Translations under genes and position numbers: made by a program
In this document: positions 9,130-19,160 of the stretch, in pieces
Layout: the number at the start of each line of letters is the position of its first letter
How positions within the stretch are numbered: the first letter of the stretch is position 1
Assembly (NCBI GenBank): GCA_040385915.1
Contig: JAZKGK010000011.1
Location: forward strand, 555-64,554
Source of the DNA: Bacteroidota bacterium
Lineage (GTDB): Bacteria; Bacteroidota; Bacteroidia; Cytophagales; ES-bin-26
Length of the DNA stretch: 64,000 bases
Direction: 5' to 3'
The notes under the pieces: generated by a model
Seen by the model: the letters and a program-made list of their open reading frames with translations, nothing else
Database searches by the model: none
Told to the model about the DNA's origin: nothing

Positions 9130-10236
9130 TCAAAGAGATGACTCTATTAGTTGAGTAAAGTCATCAAATAAATACCTCGAATCATGAGGCCCTGGTGAGG
9201 ACTCAGGATGATATTGTACTGAAAATGCTTTCTTGTCCTTCCGTCTAATTCCCTCAATGCTGTTATCATTCAAGTTCACGTGGGTAATTTCTACTATAGT
9301 ACTCTTAGCTATTTCTGATTCACTCACGGCAAATCCATGATTCTGAGAGGTGATTTCTCCACGCCCCGTGAGTAGGTTCTTCACAGGATGATTCAATCCG
9401 CGATGGCCATTGTGCATTTTATACGTAGGAATGTCACTAGCCAATGCCAATACCTGATGCCCAAGGCAGATACCAAACATAGGTATATCGGCATCCAGTA
9501 TTTGTTTGACAGTTTCCACCGCATAGGGCATTGCAGAAGGATCGCCAGGGCCATTAGAGATGAAATAACCATTCGGCTCCCAACATTGCATATCGCTAAA
9601 AGATGTTTTTGCTGGAAAAACTTTACAATAAATCCCTCTAGCTGCCATATTTTGTAAGATACTGGTTTTAATACCTAAATCCAGCACCGCTACCTTATAC
9701 TTGCTATCATCAGCACCAATGGTATACGGCTGTTGGGTACATATTTCTGATGAAAGTTCCAGTCCACTCATATGGGGTACTTTCAATAATTGCTTTTTCA
9801 AAGCTTGTTCGTCCAATATTTCAGACGACAGAATTGCATTCATAGCCCCCTTATGCCGGATGTGTCTCACTAGCTGCCGGGTATCTACTTGGGAGATGCC
9901 TACGATTCCTGCCTTTTCAAAATATTCTTGTAAAGAAGAATCAGCCAAGTGCCTTGAGAATGTTTGGGAAAACTGATTACATACTAAAGCCCTTATTTTC
10001 ACATAGCCAGATTCTTCATCAGATTGAATTACTCCATAGTTACCTATATGCGAGCTAGTATTAACAATAATTTGTCCGTGGTAAGATGGATCAGTATAGA
10101 TTTCCTGATATCCTGTCATTCCTGTATTGAAGCAAATTTCCCCTCCGATAGTACCTGCCGCACCAAGCGCTTTACCTCTAAATACGGTGCCATCTTCTAA
10201 TAACAGTAGTGCCTCGCGGCTTTTAGTATATTTCAT
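9130..10236 (-). CDS. carA: carbamoyl-phosphate synthase small (glutaminase) subunit
   Basis: ORF 9130..10281 trimmed to MKYTKSREALLLLEDGTVFRGKA. The catalytic GICLGHQ and the HGFAV/YHPE motifs are present. Confidence 0.94.
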   Translation of the reverse strand: MKYTKSREALLLLEDGTVFRGKALGAAGTIGGEICFNTGMTGYQEIYTDPSYHGQIIVNTSSHIGNYGVIQSDEESGYVKIRALVCNQFSQTFSRHLADSSLQEYFEKAGIVGISQVDTRQLVRHIRHKGAMNAILSSEILDEQALKKQLLKVPHMSGLELSSEICTQQPYTIGADDSKYKVAVLDLGIKTSILQNMAARGIYCKVFPAKTSFSDMQCWEPNGYFISNGPGDPSAMPYAVETVKQILDADIPMFGICLGHQVLALASDIPTYKMHNGHRGLNHPVKNLLTGRGEITSQNHGFAVSESEIAKSTIVEITHVNLNDNSIEGIRRKDKKAFSVQYHPESSPGPHDSRYLFDDFTQLIESSL

Positions 10237-10256
10237 GAGTAACAATAGATTTTTAT

Positions 10257-10294
10257 AAAAGAAAAGAGGGATTCGACCCAAGTCAAATCCCTCT
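10257..10294 (-). terminator. rho-independent terminator after rplQ
   Basis: The minus strand reads AGAGGGATT-N12-AATCCCTCT followed by TTTTCTTTT. It ends about 20 nt before the carA ATG. Confidence 0.7.
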
Positions 10295-10331
10295 AATTTA
10301 AATATTGATTTCCAACTGTATGATATATGCT

Positions 10332-10856
10332 TTATTTATCTTCTTCTGTCTCTGTTGTAGAATTGGTCAAAGGCTCTGCTGGTGCGCTTTCAACATTATC
10401 AACTGCTTTATCCGTTTGCGTTGCAACTACTTTTTTGTCACCAGTTCTACGGCTTCTGCGCGTCTTAGCTTTTTCAGCAACGGGTTTCAGCATAGTTTCA
10501 TTATAATCCACTAGCTCGATAAGACAGGTTTCTGCATTATCCCCTAACCGATTACCCAATTTAATAATACGCGTATAACCTCCTGGGCGAGTAGCTACCT
10601 TTTCAGCTATTTCATCGAACAAAGTCTTGATAGATTCTTTATTCTGCAAATAGGAGAAAACTATTCTCCTTGAATGAGTTGAATCGCTCTTAGCTTTAGT
10701 AATCAGAGGCTCAACATACTTTCTCAACTCCTTTGCTTTAGCAAGCGTAGTTTCGATACGCTTGTTTAATATAAGCGAGGAGGCCATGTTAGAAAGTAAC
10801 GCTCTACGGTGAGAGGTTGTCCTGCCTAAATGGTTGAATTTTTTCCCGTGTCTCAT
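10332..10856 (-). CDS. rplQ: 50S ribosomal protein L17 (bL17) with long C-terminal tail
   Basis: [21 protein letters not shown]... At 174 aa it is roughly 45-50 aa longer than the E. coli-type protein. Confidence 0.96.
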   Translation of the reverse strand: MRHGKKFNHLGRTTSHRRALLSNMASSLILNKRIETTLAKAKELRKYVEPLITKAKSDSTHSRRIVFSYLQNKESIKTLFDEIAEKVATRPGGYTRIIKLGNRLGDNAETCLIELVDYNETMLKPVAEKAKTRRSRRTGDKKVVATQTDKAVDNVESAPAEPLTNSTTETEEDK

Positions 10857-10952
10857 CTTTCTATTAGTTGATGCAAATGCCCTTAATCAATTATATACTG
10901 CGTTGTATAAACAAAAACAGTACTATAGACTATAAACCATTAGCACATTAAA

Positions 10953-11942
10953 TTAATCTTCGTCAAGTTTATATTTAGACAAGTCCATTCCAAAAGTCAA
11001 ACCTTTTTCCGCAACCAACTGCTCTAATTCTGTCAAAGACTTTTTACCAAAATTTCTGAACTTCATCATATCAGATATATCCAGATTTACCAAGTCACCC
11101 AGTGTCTTAACATCCGCAGATTTCAAGCAGTTATAGGCACGAACTGATAAGTCTAAATCGGCTAAGGATGTCTTAAGCAGCTTACGCATATGAAGCATTT
11201 CCTCATCAACCGCATTCTCTTCATCAGGCTTAGTAGCTTCGAAGGTCATTGTTTGATCAGAGAACAACATAAAATGCTGTATCAAAATATGCGCAGCACC
11301 CTTCAAGGCTTCTTCAGGATGAATAGATCCATCGGTTTCAATATCTAATACTAGCTTCTCGTAATCGGTCTTTTGCTCTACCCGAGTATTTTCAATGCTA
11401 TATTTTACGTTCTTAATAGGCGTAAAAATTGCATCAATCGGAATGTGACCAAATGACTGATCAGATTGTCTATTTTCTTCAGCTGGGATGTAACCTCTAC
11501 CTTTTTCAATGGTAAGTTCTACTTCTAGATCAACCATGTTATCCAGATTACAAATCACAAACTCTGGATTTAAAACCTGAAAGGAAGAAGAATATTTTGC
11601 AATATCTCCAGCCTTAAATACACTGGCATTCTTAATAGATACAACTACCTTGTTATCAACCATATCTGAAATCTTCTTAAATCGAACCATTTTCAGGTTC
11701 AAAATAATTTCAGAAACATCCTCAACTACACCTTCAATAGACGAAAATTCGTGAAGTACTGTTGGTATTTTTACACTCGTAATCGCGTAGCCTTCTAGAG
11801 ATGACAATAAAATTCTGCGTAATGCATTGCCAATCGTCACACCGTATCCTCTCTCCAGCGGCTTGAATTCAAATAAGCCATGAAAATCATCGGCTTTTTC
11901 CATCACCACCTTGTCGGGCATTTGAAACGCTAATATTGACAT
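10953..11942 (-). CDS. rpoA: DNA-directed RNA polymerase alpha subunit
   Basis: [34 protein letters not shown]... The alpha CTD is present ([19 protein letters not shown]). Confidence 0.97.
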   Translation of the reverse strand: MSILAFQMPDKVVMEKADDFHGLFEFKPLERGYGVTIGNALRRILLSSLEGYAITSVKIPTVLHEFSSIEGVVEDVSEIILNLKMVRFKKISDMVDNKVVVSIKNASVFKAGDIAKYSSSFQVLNPEFVICNLDNMVDLEVELTIEKGRGYIPAEENRQSDQSFGHIPIDAIFTPIKNVKYSIENTRVEQKTDYEKLVLDIETDGSIHPEEALKGAAHILIQHFMLFSDQTMTFEATKPDEENAVDEEMLHMRKLLKTSLADLDLSVRAYNCLKSADVKTLGDLVNLDISDMMKFRNFGKKSLTELEQLVAEKGLTFGMDLSKYKLDED

Positions 11943-12046
11943 ACTCTTTTTCTTTATATCTAAAATGTGGTAAGCAGAAAATGAAAAACAATAGTATAAA
12001 AAACACGCTAAGTAAGAGAGCGTATTTAACCATTGAATGCAAAATA

Positions 12047-12652
12047 CTACTTGGAATAAAGTTCAACGATAAGCTGCTCCTTAATAATTTCAGGAATTTG
12101 CTCCCGATCAGGATAAGTAACAAATCGACCAGTTAAACTAGTTGAATCCCACTCCAGCCAAGAGAAACGCTTAACACTACGAGAGGATAAGCTATCAGTA
12201 ATGGTCTCCAAAGATTTAGATTTCTCACGAACACCAACAATATCACCGGCTTTCAATGAATAGGAAGGAATATTAACTACTTCGCCATTTACAGTAATGT
12301 GCTTATGAACTACTAATTGGCGAGCAGCACGACGAGTCGGGGCAATACCTAATCTAAAAACCGTATTATCCAATCTTGCTTCAAGAAATTTCAAAAGGTT
12401 TTCACCAGTAATTCCTTGTTTACGAGCTGCCTTATCAAATAGATTAGCAAATTGCTTCTCAAGCACACCATAAGTATACTTAGCTTTTTGCTTTTCCATC
12501 AACTGAACAGCATATTCAGATTGTTTTCTTCTTCTACCTTTACCATGTTGACCTGGAGGATAGCTTTTCTTTGCTAATGCTTTGCTTGGACCTAGGATGG
12601 CTTCGCCAAATTTGCGAGCTATCTTTGACTTTGGACCGATATATCTTGCCAT
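12047..12652 (-). CDS. rpsD: 30S ribosomal protein S4 (uS4)
   Basis: [21 protein letters not shown]... with an S4 RNA-binding domain. Confidence 0.97.
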   Translation of the reverse strand: MARYIGPKSKIARKFGEAILGPSKALAKKSYPPGQHGKGRRRKQSEYAVQLMEKQKAKYTYGVLEKQFANLFDKAARKQGITGENLLKFLEARLDNTVFRLGIAPTRRAARQLVVHKHITVNGEVVNIPSYSLKAGDIVGVREKSKSLETITDSLSSRSVKRFSWLEWDSTSLTGRFVTYPDREQIPEIIKEQLIVELYSK

Positions 12653-12710
12653 TATTCTATACTTTGAAGGTTATTTAGGAAATGTTAAAGAATCTACAGA
12701 TACTTTAACA

Positions 12711-13106
12711 TTATACTCTCCTACGCTTGGGAGGACGGCAACCGTTGTGTGGAAGCGGAGTGATATCCTTAATAGTAGTAACTTCGATACCCGCGTTTTG
12801 AATAGTTCTGATTGCTGATTCACGTCCAGAACCCGGTCCTTTTACCAAAACTTCTGCTTTACGCATGCCTAATTCATAAGCTGCCTGTGCACAGTTTGAA
12901 GCCGCCATTTGTGCAGCATAAGGGGTGTTCTTCTTAGAACCTTTGAATCCCATTTTACCAGCGGATGCCCAAGAAATTACTTGTCCAGAACTGTTGGTAA
13001 TAGAGATAATAATATTATTAAAAGAGGCTCTGATGTGAACCTGACCAACGGGTTCTACAACTACTACTCTTTTCTTTGCTTTGTCTTTTCTTTTTGCTTG
13101 AGCCAT
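12711..13106 (-). CDS. rpsK: 30S ribosomal protein S11 (uS11)
   Basis: ...[28 protein letters not shown]... Confidence 0.97.
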   Translation of the reverse strand: MAQAKRKDKAKKRVVVVEPVGQVHIRASFNNIIISITNSSGQVISWASAGKMGFKGSKKNTPYAAQMAASNCAQAAYELGMRKAEVLVKGPGSGRESAIRTIQNAGIEVTTIKDITPLPHNGCRPPKRRRV

Positions 13107-13173
13107 TTTTGATATAAGTTCTCGATTACTGGTTTCTAAATCTTAATTATAAACCTATAATCTTAACTATGGA

Positions 13174-13551
13174 TTACTTAGTAACCTTTTTCTTATTAGC
13201 AACTGTTTTACGCTTGCCTTTTCTGGTTCGAGAATTATTTTTAGTACGCTGACCTCTAACAGGTAAACCTTTACGGTGTCTCAAACCACGATAGCAACCA
13301 ATATCCATTAATCGCTTAATACTCAATTGAACCTCTGATTTCAGAACACCTTCTACTTTAAATTCAGCGCTAATAATTGCTCTGATAGCATTAGATTCAT
13401 CATCAGTCCATTCATTGACTTTCTTATCATAAGAAACACCTGATTTTGTCAGAATGTTCTGAGCAGACTTTCGACCAATACCATATATATAGGTTAAGCC
13501 AATTTCGCCCCTTTTTTTATCTGGAATATCTACCCCTGAAATCCTTGCCAT
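13174..13551 (-). CDS. rpsM: 30S ribosomal protein S13 (uS13)
   Basis: [30 protein letters not shown]... Confidence 0.97.
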   Translation of the reverse strand: MARISGVDIPDKKRGEIGLTYIYGIGRKSAQNILTKSGVSYDKKVNEWTDDESNAIRAIISAEFKVEGVLKSEVQLSIKRLMDIGCYRGLRHRKGLPVRGQRTKNNSRTRKGKRKTVANKKKVTK

Positions 13552-13559
13552 AATTTAAA

Positions 13560-13676
13560 TTATCCTTGTCTTTGTTTGTATCTAGGATTCTTCTTGTTAA
13601 TTACGTAGAGTTTGCCCTTTCTGCGAATTACCTTACAGTCGGCACTACGTTTTTTAATGGATGCCTTTACTTTCAT
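13560..13676 (-). CDS. rpmJ: 50S ribosomal protein L36 (bL36), Cys-poor form
   Basis: This gene is absent from the ORF track (38 codons). The minus strand reads ATG AAA GTA AAG GCA TCC ... = [38 protein letters not shown], in the canonical slot between infA and rpsM. Confidence 0.93.
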   Translation of the reverse strand: MKVKASIKKRSADCKVIRRKGKLYVINKKNPRYKQRQG

Positions 13677-13712
13677 TGCTAGTCAGCTTTAGTCGTATAT
13701 CAATCAAAAAAA

Positions 13713-13931
13713 TTATTTGTACCGGTAAACAATTCTTCCTTTAGTCAAATCATAAGGAGACATTTCCAATTTCACCTTATCACCAGGGAGAATCTTGATA
13801 TAATGCATACGCATCTTACCAGAAATATGAGAAATGACTTGATGTCCATTTTGAAGTTCCACTCTGAACATAGCATTCGAAAGTGCTTCGACAATAGTAC
13901 CATCTTGCTCTATAGATGCTTGTTTAGCCAT
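13713..13931 (-). CDS. infA: translation initiation factor IF-1
   Basis: [53 protein letters not shown]. Confidence 0.97.
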   Translation of the reverse strand: MAKQASIEQDGTIVEALSNAMFRVELQNGHQVISHISGKMRMHYIKILPGDKVKLEMSPYDLTKGRIVYRYK

Positions 13932-13967
13932 TTACTTTCATTAAACTAGTTTTGGATATTAGCCATG

Positions 13968-14765
13968 TTAATCTACAGAAATGGCCACTTTTTGAGAATT
14001 CAACACTTGCTCAATATATTCAAAGGTAGTGAGAACTTCAGCCTTACCTTTACGAATGGCAACAGTATGTTCAAAATGTGCAGAAGGAAGGCGATCAGTT
14101 GTACGAATGGTCCAACCATCTTTTTCTTGCAAAACATTTCGCTTACCTAAGTTAATCATAGGTTCAATCGCGATTACCATACCAGGCTTAAGCATTGTCC
14201 CCTGCCCTCTTTTGCCAAAGTTAGGAACTTCAGGTGCTTCGTGCAGATTTCTACCTACACCGTGACCAACCAATTCTCTTACCACAGTGAAACCACGAGC
14301 TTCAACATATTGTTGAATAGCAAAACCAACATCACCTAATCGAGCTCCTGCTTCTGCTCTTTCAATACCAATGTATAGCGATTCTTTTGTAGCGCGTAAT
14401 AGAGCATTAACTTTATCACTGACCTGACCTATTGAATAGGTATAAGCACTATCACTATGAAACCCATTCAGAAATACACCACAGTCAATTGAAACAATAT
14501 CGCCTTCCATTAACTCATAATTCCCAGGGATACCATGAACAACTTGTGCACCAATAGAAATACAAAGCGACCCTGGAAAACGGTTATATCCTTTAAAAGA
14601 CGGTATTCCACCATTGTCTCTAATATACTCTTCTGCACATTTATCCAACTGTAAAGTCTTAATACCAGGTCGTAACAACTTAGCAACTTCTGCGTGAGCC
14701 TTACCTAAAACGACTCCACTCAGCTTTATCAGCTCAATCTCCTCATCCGTCTTGAGATAAACCAT
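13968..14765 (-). CDS. map: type I methionine aminopeptidase
   Basis: ...VVHGIPGNYELMEGDIVSIDCGVFLNGFHSDSAYTY...HGVGRNLHE...IEPM... Confidence 0.95.
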   Translation of the reverse strand: MVYLKTDEEIELIKLSGVVLGKAHAEVAKLLRPGIKTLQLDKCAEEYIRDNGGIPSFKGYNRFPGSLCISIGAQVVHGIPGNYELMEGDIVSIDCGVFLNGFHSDSAYTYSIGQVSDKVNALLRATKESLYIGIERAEAGARLGDVGFAIQQYVEARGFTVVRELVGHGVGRNLHEAPEVPNFGKRGQGTMLKPGMVIAIEPMINLGKRNVLQEKDGWTIRTTDRLPSAHFEHTVAIRKGKAEVLTTFEYIEQVLNSQKVAISVD

Positions 14766-14774
14766 TGAAATATA

Positions 14775-16094
14775 TTAGGCAGCTATATTTTCTGAACGAC
14801 CTTTTACTTTGCCAGATTTCATTAAACCTTCATAATGCCTCATTAACAAATGGCTTTCAATTTGTTGCAAAGTATCTAGCACAACCCCTACCATAATAAG
14901 CAATGAAGTTCCACCAAAGAAGTAAGCAAATTCACGGGCAATACCAACCTTAATTGCCAGGCCAGGTAAAATGGCAACCATAGCTAGAAAAAGAGATCCA
15001 GGTAAAGTAATTTTCGATAAAATGGCATCAATATATTCTGACGTTTGTAAACCAGGCTTCACTCCTGGAACAAACCCTCCATTTCTCTTCATATCCTCTG
15101 CAATCTGATTAGGATTTACTGATATAGCAGTATAGAAGAAAGTAAATAGCACAATCAAAATAGCTAGTGAAATGTTATACTGCCAGGATCCAGTATCCTC
15201 AAAAACAGATTTAATATAGCTCGCTGTTTCACTTTTATCTGCAAATGCAGCAGCAGCAAGAGACGGTAAAAACATTAAAGATTGGGCAAATATAATGGGC
15301 ATTACACCAGCCGCATTCAATTTTAAAGGAATATATTGACGCTGCCCACCATAAACTTTATTTCCTACAACTTGCTTGGCATATTGAACTGGAATACGTC
15401 GAACTGCTTGCGTAAGCATTACCACAAACATTACTACAAAGAATAATACAGCTAATTCAATAACGAATATCAGTAACTGTGGTGTTCCTCTAGAAATAGC
15501 CTCAGTAAATATGGCACCAGGCAAACGTGAAACTATACCAATCATAATTAGCATTGATATACCATTACCAATTCCTTTATCGGTAATCTTTTCACCAATC
15601 CACATACAAAAAATAGTTCCTGCAGTGAGGATAACTACCGAAGAAGCAGTAAAGAAAAATTTATCAACCAAAATTGCCTCAGGAGGAATAGTGGCTGTCA
15701 AGTAAGTAATTGATTGAGGAATAGTAATACCAATCGTTAATACTCTTGTTATTTGGTTTAATCGCTTCCTTCCAGATTCCCCATCCTTTTGCATCTTCTG
15801 GAAGTAAGGAACCGCCACCGTTAGCAATTGAATAACAATAGAAGCCGAAATATAAGGCATAATACCCAGACCAAAGATTGATGCATTACTAAAAGCACCA
15901 CCTAAGATTGTATCTAAAAATCCCAGCAAACCACCGGAACTCTTTTTTGCTGCAATAACTAAAGGATCAACGCCCGGCAAAACGACGAACGAACCTAGAC
16001 GGAATATGAGTAAAAACAATAGGGTATTAAGGATACGAGTCCTTAAATCAACTATTGAAAATATATTCTTAATGGTTGTGATGAATCTTTTCAT
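14775..16094 (-). CDS. secY: preprotein translocase subunit SecY
   Basis: Multi-TM protein with GIMPYISASIVIQLL, in the conserved position after rplO. Confidence 0.96.
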   Translation of the reverse strand: MKRFITTIKNIFSIVDLRTRILNTLLFLLIFRLGSFVVLPGVDPLVIAAKKSSGGLLGFLDTILGGAFSNASIFGLGIMPYISASIVIQLLTVAVPYFQKMQKDGESGRKRLNQITRVLTIGITIPQSITYLTATIPPEAILVDKFFFTASSVVILTAGTIFCMWIGEKITDKGIGNGISMLIMIGIVSRLPGAIFTEAISRGTPQLLIFVIELAVLFFVVMFVVMLTQAVRRIPVQYAKQVVGNKVYGGQRQYIPLKLNAAGVMPIIFAQSLMFLPSLAAAAFADKSETASYIKSVFEDTGSWQYNISLAILIVLFTFFYTAISVNPNQIAEDMKRNGGFVPGVKPGLQTSEYIDAILSKITLPGSLFLAMVAILPGLAIKVGIAREFAYFFGGTSLLIMVGVVLDTLQQIESHLLMRHYEGLMKSGKVKGRSENIAA

Positions 16095-16135
16095 AACCGT
16101 TTTCAGTTCTAATCACTGTATCAATAACAGCAAAA

Positions 16136-16582
16136 TTATAATACTATGGCTTTACCACCTGCTTTCTCAATTGCTTCTATTGAAGAAGTAGAAAAAGCAT
16201 GTGCCTTAACTTCTACATTAGATTTCAATTCACCTCTACTTAATACCTTAACTAAATCATTCTTAGAAATCAGGCCATTAAGTTTAAGAACATCAATATC
16301 GATTACAGTAACATTAATTTTGTCAATTAAGTCCTGGATAGTATCTAAATTGATAGCTTTGTACTCAACACGATTAAAGTTCTTAAAACCAAACTTAGGA
16401 ACGCGCCTAACCAATGGCATTTGACCACCTTCAAAGCCCTTCTTCTTACTATAACCAGAACGAGACTTTGCACCTTTATGACCGCGAGTTGATGTTCCAC
16501 CTCGACCAGAACCCTGTCCTCGACCAATTCTTTTGCAATTTTTTACCGAACCTACAGCCGGTTTAAGCGAACTAAGATCCAT
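16136..16582 (-). CDS. rplO: 50S ribosomal protein L15 (uL15)
   Basis: MDLSSLKPAVGSVKNCKRIGRGQGSGRGGTSTRGHKG. Confidence 0.96.
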   Translation of the reverse strand: MDLSSLKPAVGSVKNCKRIGRGQGSGRGGTSTRGHKGAKSRSGYSKKKGFEGGQMPLVRRVPKFGFKNFNRVEYKAINLDTIQDLIDKINVTVIDIDVLKLNGLISKNDLVKVLSRGELKSNVEVKAHAFSTSSIEAIEKAGGKAIVL

Positions 16583-16587
16583 ATGAA

Positions 16588-16770
16588 TTATAATTCAATA
16601 ACGTTAACTAAGTGACTGACTTTATTGACCATACCGGCCACTTGTGGCGTATACTCAACTTCTACGCTTCTATTTATCTTTCCAAGCCCCAGTGCTTGAA
16701 TAGTTAATTTCTGATTACTAGGTCTATCAATTGTACTTCTAATCTGGGTAATTTTAACTCTTGCCATCAT
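16588..16770 (-). CDS. rpmD: 50S ribosomal protein L30 (uL30)
   Basis: (M)MARVKITQIRSTIDRPSNQKLTIQALGLGKINRSVE. The start could be either of the two adjacent ATGs. Confidence 0.94.
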   Translation of the reverse strand: MMARVKITQIRSTIDRPSNQKLTIQALGLGKINRSVEVEYTPQVAGMVNKVSHLVNVIEL

Positions 16771-16811
16771 TACATGATTTAAATATCAATATAATCAAAG
16801 TAACAAATACT

Positions 16812-17330
16812 CTAACCGTTGAAGACCTTAGATAAGGATACACCTCTTTGTTGTGCTACAGCATACGGATCGCGCATATTTACCAATGCATCAATCGTAG
16901 CTTTTACTACGTTATGTGGGTTTGAAGACCCTTTTGACTTTGCCAACACGTCCCGTATCCCAGCGCTTTCCAAGACTGCACGCATAGCACCACCTGCAAT
17001 AACTCCAGTACCAGGAGAAGCCGGTTTCAATAAAACAAATCCACCACTAAATTTACCTAACTGCTCGTGAGGTACGGTATTCTTAAGAATGGGAACTTTA
17101 ATTAAGTTCTTCTTAGCATCTTCGATACCTTTAGTAATAGCATCCGTTACTTCATTGGCTTTACCCAATCCGTAACCTACTACTCCATTACCATCACCAA
17201 CTACTACAATCGCGGCAAAACTAAAACGTCTACCACCTTTAACTACTTTTGCGACACGTTTGATAGCGACTACCTTTTCTTTCAATTCAGTATCGCTTGC
17301 CTTAACTGTCTTAGTGCTTAATTGAGACAT
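16812..17330 (-). CDS. rpsE: 30S ribosomal protein S5 (uS5)
   Basis: ...[41 protein letters not shown]... Confidence 0.97.
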   Translation of the reverse strand: MSQLSTKTVKASDTELKEKVVAIKRVAKVVKGGRRFSFAAIVVVGDGNGVVGYGLGKANEVTDAITKGIEDAKKNLIKVPILKNTVPHEQLGKFSGGFVLLKPASPGTGVIAGGAMRAVLESAGIRDVLAKSKGSSNPHNVVKATIDALVNMRDPYAVAQQRGVSLSKVFNG

Positions 17331-17338
17331 ATGCTTGA

Positions 17339-17689
17339 TTAAAATTTAAGGCCGCCATCGCGCGCACCGTCTGCCAATGCTTTTACTTTGCCATGGTATA
17401 AATACCCACTGCGGTCAAAAACTACGGATGAAATACCTTTTAAAACTGCTTTTTCAGCTAAAATTTTGCCGACATTTTTAGACACTTCAATAGTAGCATT
17501 TGTTACCCCTTCTAATTCACGAGAGGAAGCACTAATTAGAGTTGCGCCAATACTGTCATCAATAATTTGAGCATAAATACTCGTATTAGAACGAAAAATT
17601 GACAAGCGAGGTCTTTCAGAAGTACCAGATATTTTACGTCGGATACTTTTTTGAATGCGTTGCCTTCTATTTGCTTTAGTTGAAGCCAT
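17339..17689 (-). CDS. rplR: 50S ribosomal protein L18 (uL18)
   Basis: ...[20 protein letters not shown]...[26 protein letters not shown]. Confidence 0.97.
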   Translation of the reverse strand: MASTKANRRQRIQKSIRRKISGTSERPRLSIFRSNTSIYAQIIDDSIGATLISASSRELEGVTNATIEVSKNVGKILAEKAVLKGISSVVFDRSGYLYHGKVKALADGARDGGLKF

Positions 17690-17760
17690 GATATCTTAAA
17701 AATCAAAATCCTAAAACCACAAAATAACTTACGTGCGTCCAGGGCTGATGTGATGTATTA

Positions 17761-18318
17761 CTATTTTTTAGAAGCCGTCTTACCAGCTTTTCTTCTTACT
17801 ACCTCGCCAACAAAGCGAATACCTTTACCTTTATAAGGCTCAACCTTACGCAAGGAGCGAATTTTAGCTGCAACTTGTCCTACCAACTGTTTATCAATGC
17901 CTTGTAGAATCACAGTAGGGTTTTTACCTTTCTCATTAAGAGCAACCACTGAAATTTCACTTGGTATCGCGAGATAAATATTGTGAGAGTAACCTAAATT
18001 TAGTTCTAAAACATTATTAGCAGCAGTAGCTTTATACCCTACTCCAATAATTTCTAATTCTAATTTATATCCTTCACTTACGCCCAGCACCATGTTATTT
18101 ACAAGAGACCGATATAAACCGTGCAGAGCTTTATGGCGCTTTTGATCGGTTGGACGACTTACTACTACTTCAGTACCTTCAATGCTTACCGAAATATCGG
18201 AATCGACATTCTGTAGTAGAGTACCTTTGGGTCCTTTTACAGTTACTAAATTATTAGAAGCAACTGAAACAGTTACATTAGCAGGCAGTGTAATGGGTTT
18301 TTTACCAATCCTTGACAT
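17761..18318 (-). CDS. rplF: 50S ribosomal protein L6 (uL6)
   Basis: MSRIGKKPITLPANVTVSV... Confidence 0.97.
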   Translation of the reverse strand: MSRIGKKPITLPANVTVSVASNNLVTVKGPKGTLLQNVDSDISVSIEGTEVVVSRPTDQKRHKALHGLYRSLVNNMVLGVSEGYKLELEIIGVGYKATAANNVLELNLGYSHNIYLAIPSEISVVALNEKGKNPTVILQGIDKQLVGQVAAKIRSLRKVEPYKGKGIRFVGEVVRRKAGKTASKK

Positions 18319-18339
18319 CTTCTTAATGCTTTTTATTCA

Positions 18340-18735
18340 TTAATACACAAAACACAACACTTCCCCTCCAACATTCAGGGCTTTAGCTTCTTTATCGGTA
18401 ATTACCCCTTTAGAAGTAGAAAGTACTGCGACGCCTAAACCATTCAATACCCGTGGGATATTTTCGATATCAGCATATTTTCTTAAACCAGGCTTGCTAA
18501 CTCTTTCCAACTTAACAATAGCAGATTGCTTTGTTAAGGGATTATATTTCAAGGCAATTTTTATGGTACCTTGGACAGTAGAATCATCAAACTTGTAATT
18601 TTGTATGTAGCCTTTATCGTATAATACCTTTGTAATCTCCTTCTTGATATTAGAAGCGGGTATTTCTACAATGCGGTGCTTGGCCTTGATTGCGTTTCTC
18701 AATCGGGTCAAATAATCAGCTATTGGATCCGTCAT
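18340..18735 (-). CDS. rpsH: 30S ribosomal protein S8 (uS8)
   Basis: MTDPIADYLTRLRNAIKAKHRIVEIP... Confidence 0.97.
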   Translation of the reverse strand: MTDPIADYLTRLRNAIKAKHRIVEIPASNIKKEITKVLYDKGYIQNYKFDDSTVQGTIKIALKYNPLTKQSAIVKLERVSKPGLRKYADIENIPRVLNGLGVAVLSTSKGVITDKEAKALNVGGEVLCFVY

Positions 18736-18759
18736 GTTTGGGTAAATATTTAAGCAAAA

Positions 18760-18789
18760 CCCATTTTTTTAAATGGGACTGCAAAGTTA
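18760..18789 (-). promoter_or_regulatory. TAACTTTG box plus 7-bp hairpin between rpsN and rpsH (internal promoter and/or attenuator)
   Basis: The minus strand reads TAACTTTGCAGT-CCCATTT-aaaa-AAATGGG-TTTTGCTT. The 19-mer TAACTTTGCAGTCCCATTT matches 18 of 19 positions of the one upstream of rplC. Confidence 0.4.
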
Positions 18790-18829
18790 GTAAAATGAAT
18801 GCTTAAAAAAAAATTCCTTAGAATAATTT

Positions 18830-19099
18830 TTACCAGCTTGCTTTTGTTATGCCAGGAATTTTGCCTTCAGAAGCCATATCTCTAAAAGTTACTCGAGAGA
18901 TACCGAATTTGCGCATATAACCTCTGGGTCTACCAGTGAGTTTGCAACGATTGTGTAACCTTACAGGAGAAGCATTGCGTGGAAGCTTATCCAGAGCTAA
19001 ATAATCGCCCGCAGCCTTAAGAGATGCTCTTTTAACAGCATATTTGGCTACTAATTTTTCTCTTTTCCGTTCACGAGCTTTTACAGACTCTTTTGCCAT
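18830..19099 (-). CDS. rpsN: 30S ribosomal protein S14 (uS14), long Cys-poor form
   Basis: ORF 18830..19135 trimmed to [20 protein letters not shown]... It is 89 aa with a single Cys and no CxxC pairs. Confidence 0.95.
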   Translation of the reverse strand: MAKESVKARERKREKLVAKYAVKRASLKAAGDYLALDKLPRNASPVRLHNRCKLTGRPRGYMRKFGISRVTFRDMASEGKIPGITKASW

Positions 19100-19160
19100 G
19101 ATAATTATTCCGTTTAAACCAAACCGATATAACATCGAAGGTTGGTTAGTTCTTATTTAT

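Noticed and set aside
10237-10281. Upstream starts offered by the ORF track for carA. The same issue affects rpsJ 26080-26136, rpsN 19100-19135, dnaN 59094-59186, lpdA 3794-3859, gldF 62794-62859 and the ECF sigma 45771-45803.
   Set aside because: The extensions are not part of the conserved protein N-termini. In the carA case the extension overlaps a terminator hairpin. Internal ATGs give canonical N-termini.
11887-12136. Two small ORFs (78 aa minus, 66 aa plus) in and around the rpsD-rpoA spacer
   Set aside because: They overlap the ends of rpoA and rpsD, have low-complexity hydrophobic or Lys-rich composition, and carry no signals.
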